Source: Chitinophagales bacterium (GTDB lineage Bacteria; Bacteroidota; Bacteroidia; Chitinophagales; CAIOSU01). Taken from it: 64,000 bases of DNA. Positions 8,179 through 16,610 of the stretch are shown here, one piece after another; positions within the stretch are counted from its first letter, which is position 1, and each line of letters begins with the position of its first letter. Made by a program: the position numbers and the translations under genes. Location: NCBI GenBank assembly GCA_018401955.1, contig JAGYJT010000009.1, positions 1,871-65,870 on the forward strand. The letters run 5' to 3'. The notes below the pieces were generated by a model, which saw only the letters and a list, made by a program, of their open reading frames with translations, had not been told where the DNA came from and did not search any database.

Positions 8179-11016
8179 CTACTTAGGGTATTTGGTGTCA
8201 AAGTATTCAAGGTACGTGCCAACCTCTTTGTTGATGATGATTTTGTTGAAGTTGATATCGCTTATCATCATAAACTCCATAGTACCCTCCGGAAACTTAT
8301 TAAACGTTTCGCTTTGGGTAATGGCATTAAAGTAGTTGCGTGCCTTAGCAAGGTCGTCAAAGCTCTTTACCATAATGAGGGTAATGCCATCGGGCAAAAT
8401 AAGCGGCTCAATTTTCAAACCCTCCAAGCTACGGTTTACATCATTGTACTGGGCAATGGCCGTAGTTATGTCGGTTATTTTCAACGATTGATCTTGCACG
8501 GCTATCATAAAGTAATGCCTGTTTTGGGCATCAAACTCATACCTGAGCATGTTGTTTTCTTTCTTGATAATCTCGTCCTCGCTTTTTTCAATATAGCTCA
8601 GTATTTCCTCTGCCTTGCTTTTTACCTCATCGCTAGGGTATTTGGCAATAATGTCTTTTAAGGCATCCTTATACTCGCCCAAGTCTTTGGTTTGGCCTAC
8701 AATAAAGGCATTCAGCAATTCAAACTTAGGTTTTAGGTAGTTTTCTTTTTTGTACAAGCTATCGGCCAAGTGTATTTGCGTTAACGCCTCCTCTAATCGG
8801 TTTTGCTTATACAACTCAAAGGTAGCCAGGTAGTGCGCATCCACCGCTACTTTAATTTGGTTACTGGCCTCAAGGTAGCTAGGGTCTTTAATAATCATGG
8901 CAGGCTTGCTGGTTGGGTATTTGGCCAGCAGCATCTTTTTGTATTCTTCGGCCTTGGCCGTGTTGCCTAGCTTATCGTATATGAGGTAAAGGTTGTACAG
9001 CACCTCTACATCATATTTACTATCGGGCATGCTCTTAAGCAGTGCTTCAAAGGTTTCGGCAGCTTTGTTGAGGTTGTATATATCGTAGCGATAAATGTTG
9101 CCTAGTTTAAAATAGGCTTCCACCATTTTGCCGCTTATGGCATTCCCTTCTTCGGCACCTGGCAGTCCGGCCAATAGTTTGTCGCGCTCGCCATAGTAAT
9201 CAAACACATCAACCGACAATGGTTGCTCGGTTTTGGTGCTATCGTCGGGGTTATCGTTAAACACTGCCGATTTATCCTTACGGCGCCAGTTGTCTTCTAG
9301 TTTTCTATTGCCCCACCGTTTTACAAAATCGTTGTAGCCAGAGCTTTTGGCTGAGTTGTTATAAAAATACCAATCGCCCGGTTTGCTGCTGCCACCGCCT
9401 TCGTTGCCGGCAGTTGGTTTATTGGTTATAGGGGCAACTGGGGTGTTTTCTTGGCTTTGTTTTTTATTGAATTCATCCTCTTTAGCCTTAAGTATTTTAT
9501 CCACCATTTTAAGCCTATCATCTTCGCTCATCATGGTTATTTGCAATAGGCTATCCTGCTCTTCAATAATGTTTACTTGGTCTACCAAGCGCTGCAATAC
9601 CTCGCTTCTGCCCAATACATCCAAGTAGCGTGGGTCTTCTTGCTCAAGCACCCCAACGGCACTTGCATAGTAGGGTTGTGCCTCAACATACTCTTCTTTT
9701 TCGTAGTGCAGCTGCGCCAGCTTTAGGTATGATAAGGCCTGCTGGTTGGTGTTGGTGGTTGATACCTCAATAGATTGCTCTAGGTAAGCTATTGCTTCAT
9801 CTTTATCGCCAACTTTAAGTGATAGCTCGGCAAGGGCGTAGTATATCTGGTCGTAGAAGTCAACGTTTTTGTTCTCCCTCAACATTTTCTTAAGCAGCTT
9901 CACAATATCTTTCTGCTCCATGCTATTGTCTTGCGAAGCAATGCGGGCCATGCTCATTTTGGCATTAAACGACATGCGGAAATCGGGCCGGCTTTTAAGC
10001 ACTTTTTTGTAATGCTCTACGGCCAAAGCGTTGTCTTGGCGCATTTGGTAAATTTGGGCCAGTATATAGTTGTACCGAGCCTTTTTACGCTTCTTTTTGA
10101 TATTGCTGGTTAACCAAATCAATGGCTGTATGGCCTTATCATAATCGCCTCTTTGCAAGTAATGGTTTGCCCGTGCAATTTCTAGGTCGTCCCACAACCA
10201 GTGCGGAAACTGCTCATCGGCATCAATCAGCGTTAATACGGCTTCAGCTTCTTTGTATTTTTTTAGTGCCGTGTAAGAGTCTACTATCCAAATTTTGGCA
10301 TCGGGGCGCATGGGCTGGTGCTTAAGCCACCACAGGCCATCTTTTTCGTACTCCTCGTTTTCTTTCTTTTTATCGTCATCACCAGCACTGTCAAGGTCTC
10401 CGCCCTCTTCAATTACTTTCAGCTTCTCTTCCATTTCCTTTTCTTGCTGCGCCAGTTTTTGCGAAGCCGTCATGGGTGGGCCTTTTTTCTTTTTGCTCGA
10501 GGAAGATTTGCTTTTGCTTTTTGAAGATGAGGTAGGTTTTTTCTTCTTCTTTTTTTTCTTTTTGCTGCTTTTCCGTATTGGCTTTTCTTTAAACTCGGTG
10601 TTTACAAATTGGAAGGTTTCTAGGGCCGTTACAAAATCCCCCTTCAAGTAATAGCTAATGCCCAGCAGCATGTAGTTGTTATCGGCGTATATGCTCTTCT
10701 CATGGTCTTCAATGCCCGTAGATGATTTCTTGATAATCATGTCTAAATCGGTGCTGTAAGAGGTAGCCAACTCAGGGTTGCGGTCAAGGTATATGGGCAG
10801 CACAGCGGTGTAATCATCAATATTGGCGGCACGCATGTTTTGTTGCACGGCAGCCAATTTAAGGTCGGCATTAAAATAAGCGTTGTTTCGCGCCGTTATA
10901 TCATGGTATACCTGCTTTACCAAGGGTAATTTCTTTTTTTGGATGGCATAGCAACCAGAAAAAGCAATGATGGTAGCACAGGCGGCCCCTATTATTGTTA
11001 ATTTCGCGAGTCTCAA
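8179..11016 (-). CDS. Large TPR lipoprotein, SprE/PorW-like (T9SS-associated); family assignment is tentative
   Basis: 945 aa with lipobox AFSGC. The N-terminal HDITARNNAYFNADL block resembles what I recall of SprE/PorW N-termini. Many TPR-like helices are present. An internal K/S-rich tract reads KKKKKKKKKPTSSSKSKSKSSSSKKKK. Confidence 0.55.
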   Translation of the reverse strand: MRLAKLTIIGAACATIIAFSGCYAIQKKKLPLVKQVYHDITARNNAYFNADLKLAAVQQNMRAANIDDYTAVLPIYLDRNPELATSYSTDLDMIIKKSSTGIEDHEKSIYADNNYMLLGISYYLKGDFVTALETFQFVNTEFKEKPIRKSSKKKKKKKKKPTSSSKSKSKSSSSKKKKGPPMTASQKLAQQEKEMEEKLKVIEEGGDLDSAGDDDKKKENEEYEKDGLWWLKHQPMRPDAKIWIVDSYTALKKYKEAEAVLTLIDADEQFPHWLWDDLEIARANHYLQRGDYDKAIQPLIWLTSNIKKKRKKARYNYILAQIYQMRQDNALAVEHYKKVLKSRPDFRMSFNAKMSMARIASQDNSMEQKDIVKLLKKMLRENKNVDFYDQIYYALAELSLKVGDKDEAIAYLEQSIEVSTTNTNQQALSYLKLAQLHYEKEEYVEAQPYYASAVGVLEQEDPRYLDVLGRSEVLQRLVDQVNIIEEQDSLLQITMMSEDDRLKMVDKILKAKEDEFNKKQSQENTPVAPITNKPTAGNEGGGSSKPGDWYFYNNSAKSSGYNDFVKRWGNRKLEDNWRRKDKSAVFNDNPDDSTKTEQPLSVDVFDYYGERDKLLAGLPGAEEGNAISGKMVEAYFKLGNIYRYDIYNLNKAAETFEALLKSMPDSKYDVEVLYNLYLIYDKLGNTAKAEEYKKMLLAKYPTSKPAMIIKDPSYLEASNQIKVAVDAHYLATFELYKQNRLEEALTQIHLADSLYKKENYLKPKFELLNAFIVGQTKDLGEYKDALKDIIAKYPSDEVKSKAEEILSYIEKSEDEIIKKENNMLRYEFDAQNRHYFMIAVQDQSLKITDITTAIAQYNDVNRSLEGLKIEPLILPDGITLIMVKSFDDLAKARNYFNAITQSETFNKFPEGTMEFMMISDINFNKIIINKEVGTYLEYFDTKYPK

Positions 11017-11024
11017 TTGTTATG

Positions 11025-11179
11025 TTATTGGTTAATCCGTTATTTGTTATTGGTGCATTATTGCCTGCATTATTGGCTATGATGATTAACTTAGCTACGG
11101 TAGTGTAGTTACAACCTGTTATTACCACCACAAGATACCACTACAAAATACCAATAACTAATAATCAATCAACCAATAA
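11025..11179. promoter_or_regulatory. Phased heptamer array TTATTGG / CCAATAA in a divergent intergenic region
   Basis: TTATTGG lies at 11025, 11047 and 11070, with TTATTGC at 11058 and TTATTAC at 11119. CCAATAA lies at 11151 and 11173. Spacings are 11, 12 or 22 bp. Confidence 0.5.
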
Positions 11180-11256
11180 CCAGTAGACCATACTATAACT
11201 GTATTTTGACAAAATTATTTTAAATTTCCCAATTAGGGCGGATGCTAAACAAATAA

Positions 11257-12138
11257 ATGAGCACAAACAAAGCTAAGGGTAGTCGGTTTTTCCGGAAGTT
11301 GAAGGATAAGTATCGCCTGGTGATACTAAATGATCAAACCTTTGAGGAGCGTGCATCAGTGCGCTTATCACGGTTTAACGTGTATGTAATTGCAGGAACC
11401 GTTTTCTTTTTGTTCACCATTTTTATCTTCGTTATTATAGCGTTTACGCCTATTAAGCAGTACATACCTGGCTATGGCGATTTGAGCGTAAGGCGTAACC
11501 TTATACAGTTGCGGCTTGAGGCCGACTCGCTGCAAAGTAGGGTGCACCAGCAAGAACTTTGGATAATAAATGCCCGAAACGTGCTGGCCGGCAACGATAC
11601 CCTTAACTTGGATACCACAGGCTTTGTGAGCCAGCCACCTAAGTATGATACCATAAAACTAGATGAGGTGCCGGCTGCCGATATGCTGTTGCGCGAAGAG
11701 ATGGAAAAGGAAGAGGACTATGCGCTGATGTTTACGCCCGATAACGGCAAACAAACGGAGAGCTTGAGCAACCTTAAACTGTTTCCACCGGTGTTGGGTT
11801 TGGTGTCGGCCTCGTTTGACCCATTAAATGACCACTTTGGCACCGATATAGTGGCCAAAGAAAAGGAAAGCATTAAAACGATATTGAACGGCACTGTGAT
11901 AATGGCCGACTGGACCGTGGAAACGGGCTATGTAATAGCCATACAGCACGAACACGACCTTATTAGTATATATAAGCACAACTCGGTATTGTTGAAAAAA
12001 GTTGGTACATTTGTTAAAACGGGTGAAGCCATTGCCATTATAGGAAATAGTGGTGAACAAACTACCGGGCCACACCTGCATTTCGAACTTTGGCGCAACG
12101 GCGTTCCGGTTGACCCGGAAAGTTATATTGTGTTCTAA
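11257..12138 (+). CDS. M23 (LytM-type) peptidoglycan endopeptidase with N-terminal TM anchor
   Basis: 293 aa. The C-terminal GNSGEQTTGPHLHFELW carries the M23 HxH signature. A TM helix lies near residue 45. Confidence 0.85.
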   Translation: MSTNKAKGSRFFRKLKDKYRLVILNDQTFEERASVRLSRFNVYVIAGTVFFLFTIFIFVIIAFTPIKQYIPGYGDLSVRRNLIQLRLEADSLQSRVHQQELWIINARNVLAGNDTLNLDTTGFVSQPPKYDTIKLDEVPAADMLLREEMEKEEDYALMFTPDNGKQTESLSNLKLFPPVLGLVSASFDPLNDHFGTDIVAKEKESIKTILNGTVIMADWTVETGYVIAIQHEHDLISIYKHNSVLLKKVGTFVKTGEAIAIIGNSGEQTTGPHLHFELWRNGVPVDPESYIVF

Positions 12139-12149
12139 ACGTTTACTGC

Positions 12150-12575
12150 ATGTTTGGGAGTAATAAAAATGATCAAAACGGCGCGGCCAAATCAGGTAAA
12201 GGCGCTAACCTTATCAATCAGTTCTCTGAAGGGACTTTTATACAAGGTGATATTCAATCATCGGGCGATATTCGTGTGGATGGCTCTATACAAGGTACCG
12301 TAAACTGCGCCTCGAAAATTGCCATTGGCAAAGCGGGCAAGGTAGAGGGCGATATTGTATGTGGTAGTGCCGATATTGAAGGCCGCATAAAAGGTACCCT
12401 GAAGGTAAACGATATATTGGTGCTTAAAAAAACGGCCGTAATTGATGGGGACATTATTGCTGCCAAGTTTGTTATGGAAGAAGGTGCCGTATTTAATGGC
12501 ACTTGCACAATGGGTACCCGAGAGCTGAAACATGAAAAACAAGGAAAACCAATCCTCCAAAAAGAAGCCGTTTAA
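12150..12575 (+). CDS. Bactofilin (polymer-forming cytoskeletal protein)
   Basis: 141 aa. Repeated beta-helix pattern G(D/T)I..(S/D)G.I.V.G.(I/V).G throughout. Confidence 0.8.
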   Translation: MFGSNKNDQNGAAKSGKGANLINQFSEGTFIQGDIQSSGDIRVDGSIQGTVNCASKIAIGKAGKVEGDIVCGSADIEGRIKGTLKVNDILVLKKTAVIDGDIIAAKFVMEEGAVFNGTCTMGTRELKHEKQGKPILQKEAV

Positions 12576-12771
12576 TAACTACATCAAGTATTCTACTGCT
12601 GGTTTTCAAATGCTGGCGGCCATAATGATTGGTTATTTCATCGGCTCGTGGCTGGATAAAAAGTTTCCGCTAAATAGTGACGGCACCCCCATTTTTACCG
12701 CTATTAGTTCATTAGTGTTTGCTGGCATTGCTATGTACCTTTTTATTAGGCAAGTAACTCGCGAAGAATGA
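12532..12771 (+). CDS. AtpZ/AtpI-like small membrane protein
   Basis: 79 aa. It has a basic N-terminus, then YIKYSTAGFQMLAAIMIGYFIGSWLD and a second TM helix. It overlaps the bactofilin 3' end by 44 nt and is ATGA-coupled to the next gene. Confidence 0.6.
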   Translation: MKNKENQSSKKKPFNNYIKYSTAGFQMLAAIMIGYFIGSWLDKKFPLNSDGTPIFTAISSLVFAGIAMYLFIRQVTREE

Positions 12772-13160
12772 CCAAGTTCCGCCATTTTGTAAAATCGTTG
12801 CTCAAGCTTACGTTTGCCATGGCGGTGGTGCTATTTGCGTTGGGCTTTTTCAATTTCTTTATACCCTACATAGTGGTTAGCTGGTTTAGCTTGGCGTTTT
12901 TTTTAGGGCTTACCCTGTTTAGTGGCTACTACAATTCGCGTAGCATTAAAAAACCGTTTTTCCTCAATATCTTTTTTGGTACGCTGGCCGTAAAGTTTTT
13001 GCTGAGCCTAGGGTTTATATTTACCTACTTTATCCTTTTTGACCCTACCAAGTGGGTAATACTGCCCATAATGTTCATCTTTTTTGCCTACAAATCGTCA
13101 GAAACCCTGCTGTTGGTGCGCTTTGCCAAAGATTTGCCCGATGATGGGATGGAGGGTTAG
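12768..13160 (+). CDS. Hypothetical polytopic membrane protein (4 TM)
   Basis: 130 aa and hydrophobic. The start overlaps the upstream stop (ATGA). Confidence 0.55.
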   Translation: MTKFRHFVKSLLKLTFAMAVVLFALGFFNFFIPYIVVSWFSLAFFLGLTLFSGYYNSRSIKKPFFLNIFFGTLAVKFLLSLGFIFTYFILFDPTKWVILPIMFIFFAYKSSETLLLVRFAKDLPDDGMEG

Positions 13161-13197
13161 CAACGTGAGATATTCGCACAAACTATTAAAATGCAAA

Positions 13198-13222
13198 GAG
13201 CCCGGGTGGCTAATCCAGGCTC
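13198..13222. terminator. Hairpin between convergent genes (possible bidirectional terminator)
   Basis: GAGCCCGG / CCAGGCTC stem (one mismatch) with a 9-nt loop. There is only a weak T-run on the minus-strand side. Confidence 0.4.
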
Positions 13223-13301
13223 CTTGCTCTCGCAGGTTATAATAAGGCTACTTATTATCACAAATAAAAGAAACACAATTGAATAAAAGATTTAAAAAAG
13301 G

Positions 13302-15575
13302 TTAAGGTTTTGCGTTTATAGACGAAAATCCGCTGCTGTTAGACGAAACTATTGGCTCCCCCCTATAATCAATATTGCTGGCCCCAACGGCCTGTGCCTT
13401 AAGGTTGGTAAGTGCAAATACCTCGGCATTGCTGGCACCGCTTGCATGCACATCAACTTTGGTGCTTGTAAAATTAAAGGCTTCAAGGTTTGAGGCGCCG
13501 TTTAGCTCAGCTTTCAATTGGTTGGCGAGGCCGGTAAGCACCATGTTGCTGGCGCCACTTAAGTGCACGGTAAGTTTATCGGCCTCTATGTTCATTGTGC
13601 AATCGCTGGCTCCGGCAAGCTCAATGTATAGCTTGTTGGTTTTAAAACCATTTATGTCGCCCTCGCTGGCACCCAGCGCTATAATGTTATCAATTGATGG
13701 GGTGTATATCCAAACTTCGACTATTTCATTGTTAAATAAACCGAATTTTTCATCTTGCTCAAGGGTAAGTTTTTTACCGTCGGTATTTACGGTGGTATGC
13801 TTAAGCATATCAGCATCCCTAAATATTACTTGGCTGGTGTTTGCATACACTACATGGAATTTGATAGCCCCGCTAATCTTCATTTGGTTAAACTCGGGCA
13901 TCTCCATTTTGTACCCGTTGTTGGGTGGCGCGGGGCTTGTGCCAGTATTTGCTGTAAGGCCATCTTGCACATCATCGCCACAATCAAGACACGTAAGGCC
14001 AGCAGGCATCATTTTCCAGGTATGGCCTACCATTTTGCCATCGTACATGTTGGTTACGTTTTTAATGTCGTAAATCAGCTCACGGATGTTGTGGCTCAGG
14101 TATACCGATTGGCCAAGCGGAACCAATACATCTACCCTTACCTTTTGGCCGCGTATTTTATCGGCTGCGGGGTAAGCGTAGTATAGCGGAAGGTAAAGGT
14201 TAGCGCTGTCTTGGCTAACGTTGTAGGTGATGTTTTCGGTGCGGTAGTAGGCCATATCCCTATCTTGGCCCGCAGCTATGTAGGTTTTCTCTATAATAAA
14301 GTCGTTGCCGGGTGCTTTTTTTACGTTTATTATTATCTGGTGCTCATCTGCATCATCGGCACCATCAATTTGTCGTACATATAGCGTGTCTTGCTCTTCG
14401 CGAAACTTGCCCCAATCGCCAAAGGTTTTAAAATTGTCCTCGCTTCTCTCGTCATTAGCCACTTTTAGGCGCAATATGCCATCAATAGGCATGGCCAGTA
14501 CTTGCGTTTCTACTCTTTTGCGCGTGGCATCTGAGTGGCTGTTTACATTCGAGATGGAGTATATCACCAACACAATGCCCACTATCATTAACCCTGATGC
14601 CATAAGGCCAGTGCCTTTTAGGTTAATGCGCTTGTTGAGTAAAATGGCAATACCGGCGTACAACATGTATAGGCAGGGTATAAAAAACAACAGCCCAAAC
14701 CCGATAATAGCCGCGGCAAAAGTGCTTGTGGAGTCGAATAGATGAGGTAGCATGTTAAAGGCTATGCCATCTTCTACCATTGAGGGTATGCTAATGCCCA
14801 ATAGCAGGCTAATCATAAACAAGATGCTGAGCACTACAAACAACAAACCGATGAGCTTGCCTAAAACCTTAAAGAAGAGCCCTAGTATGGTAGCGACAAA
14901 ATCAACCAAGCGAGCTAATACCCCCCTCGCCCTTTCGCCTTTGCGGCTGTTGTTTATTCGGTTTTCTAGGTCGCTTAACTCTTCGCGTATGGTTTTCTCA
15001 ATATTGTCAATATTGATAGGCTCGCCGCGCATCTGTAGTTTTTCTGATGCGGTGCTGGCTTTGGGTACCAATACCAGTAAAACCAGATACACCAAAAAGC
15101 TACTGCCGATACCAAAGAAAAAGGTAAATAAAAACAGCAAGCGAATCCAAATGGGGTCGGTAATGCCAAAGTAGGCCGAAAGGCCAGAGGCTACACCACC
15201 GATTATTTTATCGTCCTCGTTGCGGAACAGGCGGCGCTGGGTGTTGGAGCCGCTGCCTGAGGTACCAGTAGTTTTCTTTGAACCTCCCGGTATTTCCTCA
15301 TCATCCTCTAGCGGAATTTCAAAGTCATCAGGATGCCCCATGGTGCCAATGGTAAGCTCCACATCTTCCATGGTAACTACCTTGCGATTGAAGCCTAAAT
15401 ATTCAAAGAACATTTCGGCCAAGCGGCTCTCAATATCTGCAATTATATCGCTACCGCCCTTGGTATTGGCGTACTTTGCTTTTATCGATTCAAGGTATTT
15501 CCAAAGCCGTTCATAGGCAAGTTCATCTATTTGAAACACTTGCCCGCCTAGGTTAATTGAAACCGTTTTATTCAT
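13302..15575 (-). CDS. PspC-domain membrane protein with C-terminal GIN/DUF2807-like beta-helical domain
   Basis: 757 aa. The PspC motif is RLFRNEDDKIIGGVASGLSAYFGITDPIWIRLLF. Several TM helices follow. The C-terminus has repeated GASN..(V/L) strands typical of the head GIN domain. Confidence 0.8.
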   Translation of the reverse strand: MNKTVSINLGGQVFQIDELAYERLWKYLESIKAKYANTKGGSDIIADIESRLAEMFFEYLGFNRKVVTMEDVELTIGTMGHPDDFEIPLEDDEEIPGGSKKTTGTSGSGSNTQRRLFRNEDDKIIGGVASGLSAYFGITDPIWIRLLFLFTFFFGIGSSFLVYLVLLVLVPKASTASEKLQMRGEPINIDNIEKTIREELSDLENRINNSRKGERARGVLARLVDFVATILGLFFKVLGKLIGLLFVVLSILFMISLLLGISIPSMVEDGIAFNMLPHLFDSTSTFAAAIIGFGLLFFIPCLYMLYAGIAILLNKRINLKGTGLMASGLMIVGIVLVIYSISNVNSHSDATRKRVETQVLAMPIDGILRLKVANDERSEDNFKTFGDWGKFREEQDTLYVRQIDGADDADEHQIIINVKKAPGNDFIIEKTYIAAGQDRDMAYYRTENITYNVSQDSANLYLPLYYAYPAADKIRGQKVRVDVLVPLGQSVYLSHNIRELIYDIKNVTNMYDGKMVGHTWKMMPAGLTCLDCGDDVQDGLTANTGTSPAPPNNGYKMEMPEFNQMKISGAIKFHVVYANTSQVIFRDADMLKHTTVNTDGKKLTLEQDEKFGLFNNEIVEVWIYTPSIDNIIALGASEGDINGFKTNKLYIELAGASDCTMNIEADKLTVHLSGASNMVLTGLANQLKAELNGASNLEAFNFTSTKVDVHASGASNAEVFALTNLKAQAVGASNIDYRGEPIVSSNSSGFSSINAKP

Positions 15576-15918
15576 GGCTGTCGTTATTTTCTCGTTTAGA
15601 ATTGGTAAGGTTTACGGCATACACCAAATCTTCCCAGGTTTGGTCTAGCTCTTCTAAAAATGCTTTGCCTTCCGGCGTAAGGTTGTAATACTTGCGTGGT
15701 GGGCCCGATACGCTTTCGCGCCACTCGTAGCTTAGCAAACCGCTGTTTTTAAGGCGGGTAAGCAACGGGTATAGGGTGCCTTCTACTACCAGTAGCCGGG
15801 CATCTTTAAGCGTCTCTAGTATATCCGAAGCATACACCTCTCCTCTGGCAATAATGGAAAGGATGCAATACTCCAGTATTCCCTTCCGCATTTGCACTTT
15901 GGTGTTTTCTACGTTCAT
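15568..15918 (-). CDS. PadR-family transcriptional regulator
   Basis: 116 aa. It carries the winged-helix PadR signature (ILEYCILSIIARGEVYASDILETL...GTLYPLLTRLKNSGLLSYEW). It overlaps the pspC-domain gene start by 8 nt. Confidence 0.85.
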   Translation of the reverse strand: MNVENTKVQMRKGILEYCILSIIARGEVYASDILETLKDARLLVVEGTLYPLLTRLKNSGLLSYEWRESVSGPPRKYYNLTPEGKAFLEELDQTWEDLVYAVNLTNSKRENNDSHE

Positions 15919-15991
15919 GTTATCTTTTTTAGTTGGCCCATGGCCAACGGTACAGGGTAATGGGGTTGGGTTGCCAGTTGCGTTTTGGGTA

Positions 15992-16339
15992 TTACCTTAT
16001 TACAAAGTCTACTGTCATCTGGTAGTTTTGGCCTTGTACCGGCAAGTCAAGCTGCAGCCCCTCCAACTGTTGCTTAACATATTGTGCTAGTTGGCCTTCT
16101 TTTGATAGCACGCGCACCACCTGTATGGTTCCTGCGCTATTTACATGAAATAGGATATCAACCTTTGCAGTTAACCCATCACCTATGGCAAAGGCAGGGT
16201 AGGGTATCTGTTTGGTTACCTCTGTTTTTACGGTTTCCATTGTAGCTGCTTTGGCGCTATCGCCGCCCGCACATGCATGTGGGCTGTTGAACAAAATCAA
16301 AAATCCGCCAAAGAACAGGGTAATCATGAGCTTTTTCAT
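15992..16339 (-). CDS. Small secreted protein, possible TonB-C-like fold
   Basis: I take the start at the internal MKKLMITLFF signal peptide rather than the ORF-track start at 16489. The segment IPYPAFAIGDGLTAKVDILFHVNSAGTIQVVRV is reminiscent of TonB C-terminal domains. Confidence 0.4.
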   Translation of the reverse strand: MKKLMITLFFGGFLILFNSPHACAGGDSAKAATMETVKTEVTKQIPYPAFAIGDGLTAKVDILFHVNSAGTIQVVRVLSKEGQLAQYVKQQLEGLQLDLPVQGQNYQMTVDFVIR

Positions 16340-16610
16340 AGCTGTGGTTTTATTGGTTAAAAAGATACTACCTGCGAGATACAGGTTTAGGTACCCTTTT
16401 ATTACCGATCTACGAATAGCCATTTCACAGATAACTAACTTAAGGTACTTGTTGATACAAAGATATGCACAAAAGAAGGTACTATGCAATACAAAGTACT
16501 ATAATTATTTTTAAAATTGACGTAATTGTTTGATTGTCAGTGGTAAAAAAATAATTGGAGAGAATTACTATTTTTGCCAAAAATTATTTCTTTACCATTT
16601 AAAGGCACAC

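Noticed and set aside
13375-15174. Several 140-232-aa plus-strand ORFs antisense to the PspC-domain gene
   Set aside because: They are S/L/A-rich shadow ORFs with no motifs. The minus-strand frame carries the PspC and GIN-type motifs and is translationally coupled to padR.
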